Assembly (NCBI GenBank): GCA_973895155.1
Contig: OZ316898.1
Coordinates: forward strand, 8,047,079 to 8,111,078
Source of the DNA: Marsupella aquatica
Lineage: Eukaryota; Plantae; Marchantiophyta
Direction: 5' to 3'
DNA length: 64,000 bases
Shown: positions 61,504-64,000 of the stretch, one piece after another
Layout: each line of letters begins with the position of its first letter
Numbering within the stretch: position 1 is the first letter of the stretch
Notes under the pieces: model-generated
Told to the model about the DNA's origin: nothing
Seen by the model: the letters and a program-made list of their open reading frames with translations, nothing else
The model's database searches: none
Program-made: the position numbers and the translations under genes

Positions 61504-63828
61504 ACAGGAATCACTCGGCCGGTTAAGTGGGTAAAGCAGGAAGGCACCCTAGGAACACCTTAGTATAGTGACAAAACAAGGAAAATATAAACAATTAGGG
61601 GCAACCATGGAACCCGGGCCGAGGCCAGAGGTAAGGCTAAGGGTGAAAACCCGATTAGGGTTAGGGCGCGTTAAGCGTCGGCGGCTAGGAAGGATCAACG
61701 GGAAGAAGGACCGGCAGAGGAGAGGGGTAAGGAGCGCTTGCAGGAGATGGTGGCTCATTTGCGAGCACGAACTAGGCAGACGACTACGGGAGGCCAACTA
61801 CTGTCAGCTGCTTAGGCAAGCACTCGGGGAGAGAGTAGATACCAACGATCGACCTAAGGAGGGTATGAGCAACGTCAATCAAGCGGCACATTTCTGGGGA
61901 TGCCTGTTCGAACGGGCAACTGAGTACATCAAGACTTACGAGGACGAGGAGTCAGAAAGGGCAGCTCGAGAACGGCAGGAGCTCGCTCGATTGTGGGAGC
62001 TGCAGAAGACGGCTTTCTTAGGAGGCGAACTCATCAAGGACGAGTTCCTGTGGACGCCTACTTCCAATCAACTCGACGATCTTCTGTTTTGCAAAGACAG
62101 CGTCGTCGGCATCCGAGAGGCCATCAAGAACTGCAACGACATACACTGGGAATTAAAGGGTAGCACGGAAAGGTGGACCCAGGCAACGGTGCTAGGAGAA
62201 ACCTCCACGGCAGCAGAGATGAAGAGGAAGGGAGCCGTCAACGATGAAGCCACCCCGGCAAAAAGAACGAGGTCGGCGGCACCAAAGAAGCCAGCCGAGC
62301 AGCAAAGCAGGAGGCAGGGAGAAGCCGAAGAGGAGGAGGTCGATCCCATCAAGGCCATTCCAACCAGGGATGACACCTGGAAGGGCTGGGCGGCAACCCT
62401 ACCGGTGGAGGTGCAGCTACATTTTGCACGGGAGGAGGATGCATGCTTTACGGCCATGCAGACCAAGAAGTACCAAGGCTTCATGGCCGGATCCGGCTTG
62501 GAGGCCTTTGTAAGATTACCATGGCTGAAGCCGGAGGTACCGGAGTCAGACCTATTAGAATTCGTGGGGTCATGGGAACCCGAGACCAATTGCACGAGGA
62601 TATATGGGAAGGATTTCTATCTTACTCCCAAGGTAATTGCCGAAGTGTTTGGCCTGCCGATAGGCAATAAGACCAAAGTTGATACCAGGAAGACCTTGCC
62701 TGACAGGAAGCCGTGGGAGTGGCTGAGGCCGAAGCCGTGGGTATTGCCGAGGCCGGTGTCGAGGCTGAAGCCGAAGGTGGACCCAGTCAGGCCGATGGAG
62801 AGTTGACTCGGTCAAGGGCAGGTAATCTGTCAGTAGGCGGGCCAACGGCAGTGGCTGAGGAGGAAGTGTTGGGGGCGTCCATTGAGGATCCACCACCGGT
62901 GTCGTGACGGTGCAAGGGCGCCGTTCCTTTTAGGGAGGGCGGACGTGGAGGGAGGAGGCGTGAGTGGGCAGGGCGGGCGCGGATCTCCACGTTTAGGATT
63001 AGGATCAGAACCAGGAGCGGCCCTGACACTTAGCTTAGTGGGATTGCGGTCCCACTGGTAGGAGCAACACTTGTGCTCCTGCCTTGCTGTACATAGGTAG
63101 ATTCGGGCAAGTAGATTACTGTCAGGTAGATTAGGCTTACGATGCAAAGAATGGCGGATCCACTACCAGGATAAGTACCTGGGCAGCGGGGAGCTCAGGG
63201 CCTCTTCTTTAGCAAGTTTTTAGTTTGCACCAGCCGGGCTGGGATCAAGTAGTACGAGAAGCTCTCGGTTAGTCATACAGTGACCCTTGTGTATATTCAT
63301 GTTTCCTCATGCCTAAGAGCTGAATAGAGTTGGCCTCACGGCTTAGTTCGCAGAACTTGTGTATGAGATGTACTGTTTGTATGGCAAGTGCATGGTATGA
63401 CTCAGTCAGAATGAGTCATTTTGCTATTTGTGTGTCGCATTAACTTGTGTGAAGAGTGCCCACATCAACAGAAGGAAGGAAAGTAAGCAGGGGAGTGAGA
63501 GTTGGATGTGTCGAGCTGAGAGAGGTCTTAGCGGCTTAACCAAGCCTATTGGGGATCATTCCGGCGGCGGAATCCAAACATACCTAACAAGACGGAGGGG
63601 AAGACAGGGGAAGACAGGGGAAGGCCTATATTAGGCCGGCTACGTATCTCATGACCCGATGAAGGATCTGTCCAGTATATGTGTGTAAAATGTTAATAGT
63701 AGTAGTAGAAGGTTAGCAGCGTCCCATGCCGCTAAGCCGCGGAAACGGCCTCGCCAAGCACGAAACCTGCAGGAATCGGCTTGAGCTGGGGGGTTTCTTG
63801 GGTTTAGGGAGCCATGGGACGCACCACA
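61492..63828 (+). repeat. 3' LTR of element C (2337 bp, net 2323-bp internal deletion)
   Basis: Matches the 5' LTR apart from about eight substitutions counted by eye. Junction TGACA-G-GAAGCCGTGG at about 62706. Confidence 0.95.
61568..62907 (+). pseudogene. internally deleted, frameshifted copy of the LTR-encoded ORF
   Basis: Near-identical to 50684-51821 up to KTLPD, then out of frame. The C-terminal remnant appears as ORF 62713-62907. Confidence 0.92.
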
Positions 63829-63980
63829 GTGGCTATGGTGGCTGTGAGCTCCGCTTGTGTAACGTGGATTCCTTGAGTAGTGCAAGGTGCGTTGGCTTGA
63901 CATACGTGTGTGATCGGATCGGTGCGGGATCGATGGGGTATTGTTGACCGAGATCGTTGTGCCGATTGTATGGAGATTAT

Positions 63981-64000
63981 TGTGGGTTTTGGACATGTGT
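63981..64000 (+). mobile_element. start of another family A LTR (runs off the window)
   Basis: TGTGGGTTTTGGACATGTGT is identical to 50286-50305. Confidence 0.75.

Larger units (their letters stand above)
50608..63828 (+). mobile_element. full-length young Ty3/gypsy element family C (non-chromovirus-like)
   Basis: TG...CA termini (TGTGATG...CACCACA) and perfect 5-bp TSD GTGGC (50603-50607, 63829-63833). PBS, PPT and intact gag-pro and pol ORFs are present. No chromodomain or extra RNase H seen. Confidence 0.97.
50424..63980 (-). mobile_element. LTR family B, copy 2, split by element C (pieces 50424-50607 and 63829-63980)
   Basis: Joined pieces match 41300-41629 with two CpG-type substitutions. 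The match breaks at about 63980, where family A LTR sequence starts. Confidence 0.88.

Overview
Eukaryotic DNA, most likely from a non-seed land plant (inferred from intron-rich plant-type genes; the species cannot be determined here). The left 33 kb is genic: a ~38-exon RNA polymerase III second-largest subunit gene (NRPC2, minus strand, 2197-13938), a plastid-targeted At5g03900-like gene (plus, 20480-27173), a conserved plant membrane protein of unknown function (minus, 28755-31889) and a 5'-truncated CRE-type non-LTR remnant. From 33 to 41 kb lie a pseudogene split by a 3.76 kb TIR element with an internal palindromic array, and a HAD/Sgpp-like gene cut off at 41300. The right 23 kb is a nest of three LTR retrotransposon families. 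Family A is a Ty3/gypsy element whose single, now disabled, polyprotein reads Gag-PR-[DNMT3-like C5 DNA methyltransferase]-RT-RNaseH-IN-[PHD finger]. Family B is a ~1.2 kb LTR present twice. Family C is a young, nearly intact gypsy element (TSD GTGGC). Its 4.66 kb LTR encodes an 1100-1200 aa protein, and its Gag-PR/Pol overlap has a G_GAU_UUU slippery site followed by a predicted pseudoknot. The methyltransferase plus PHD element and the LTR-encoded gene are the main candidates for novel biology.
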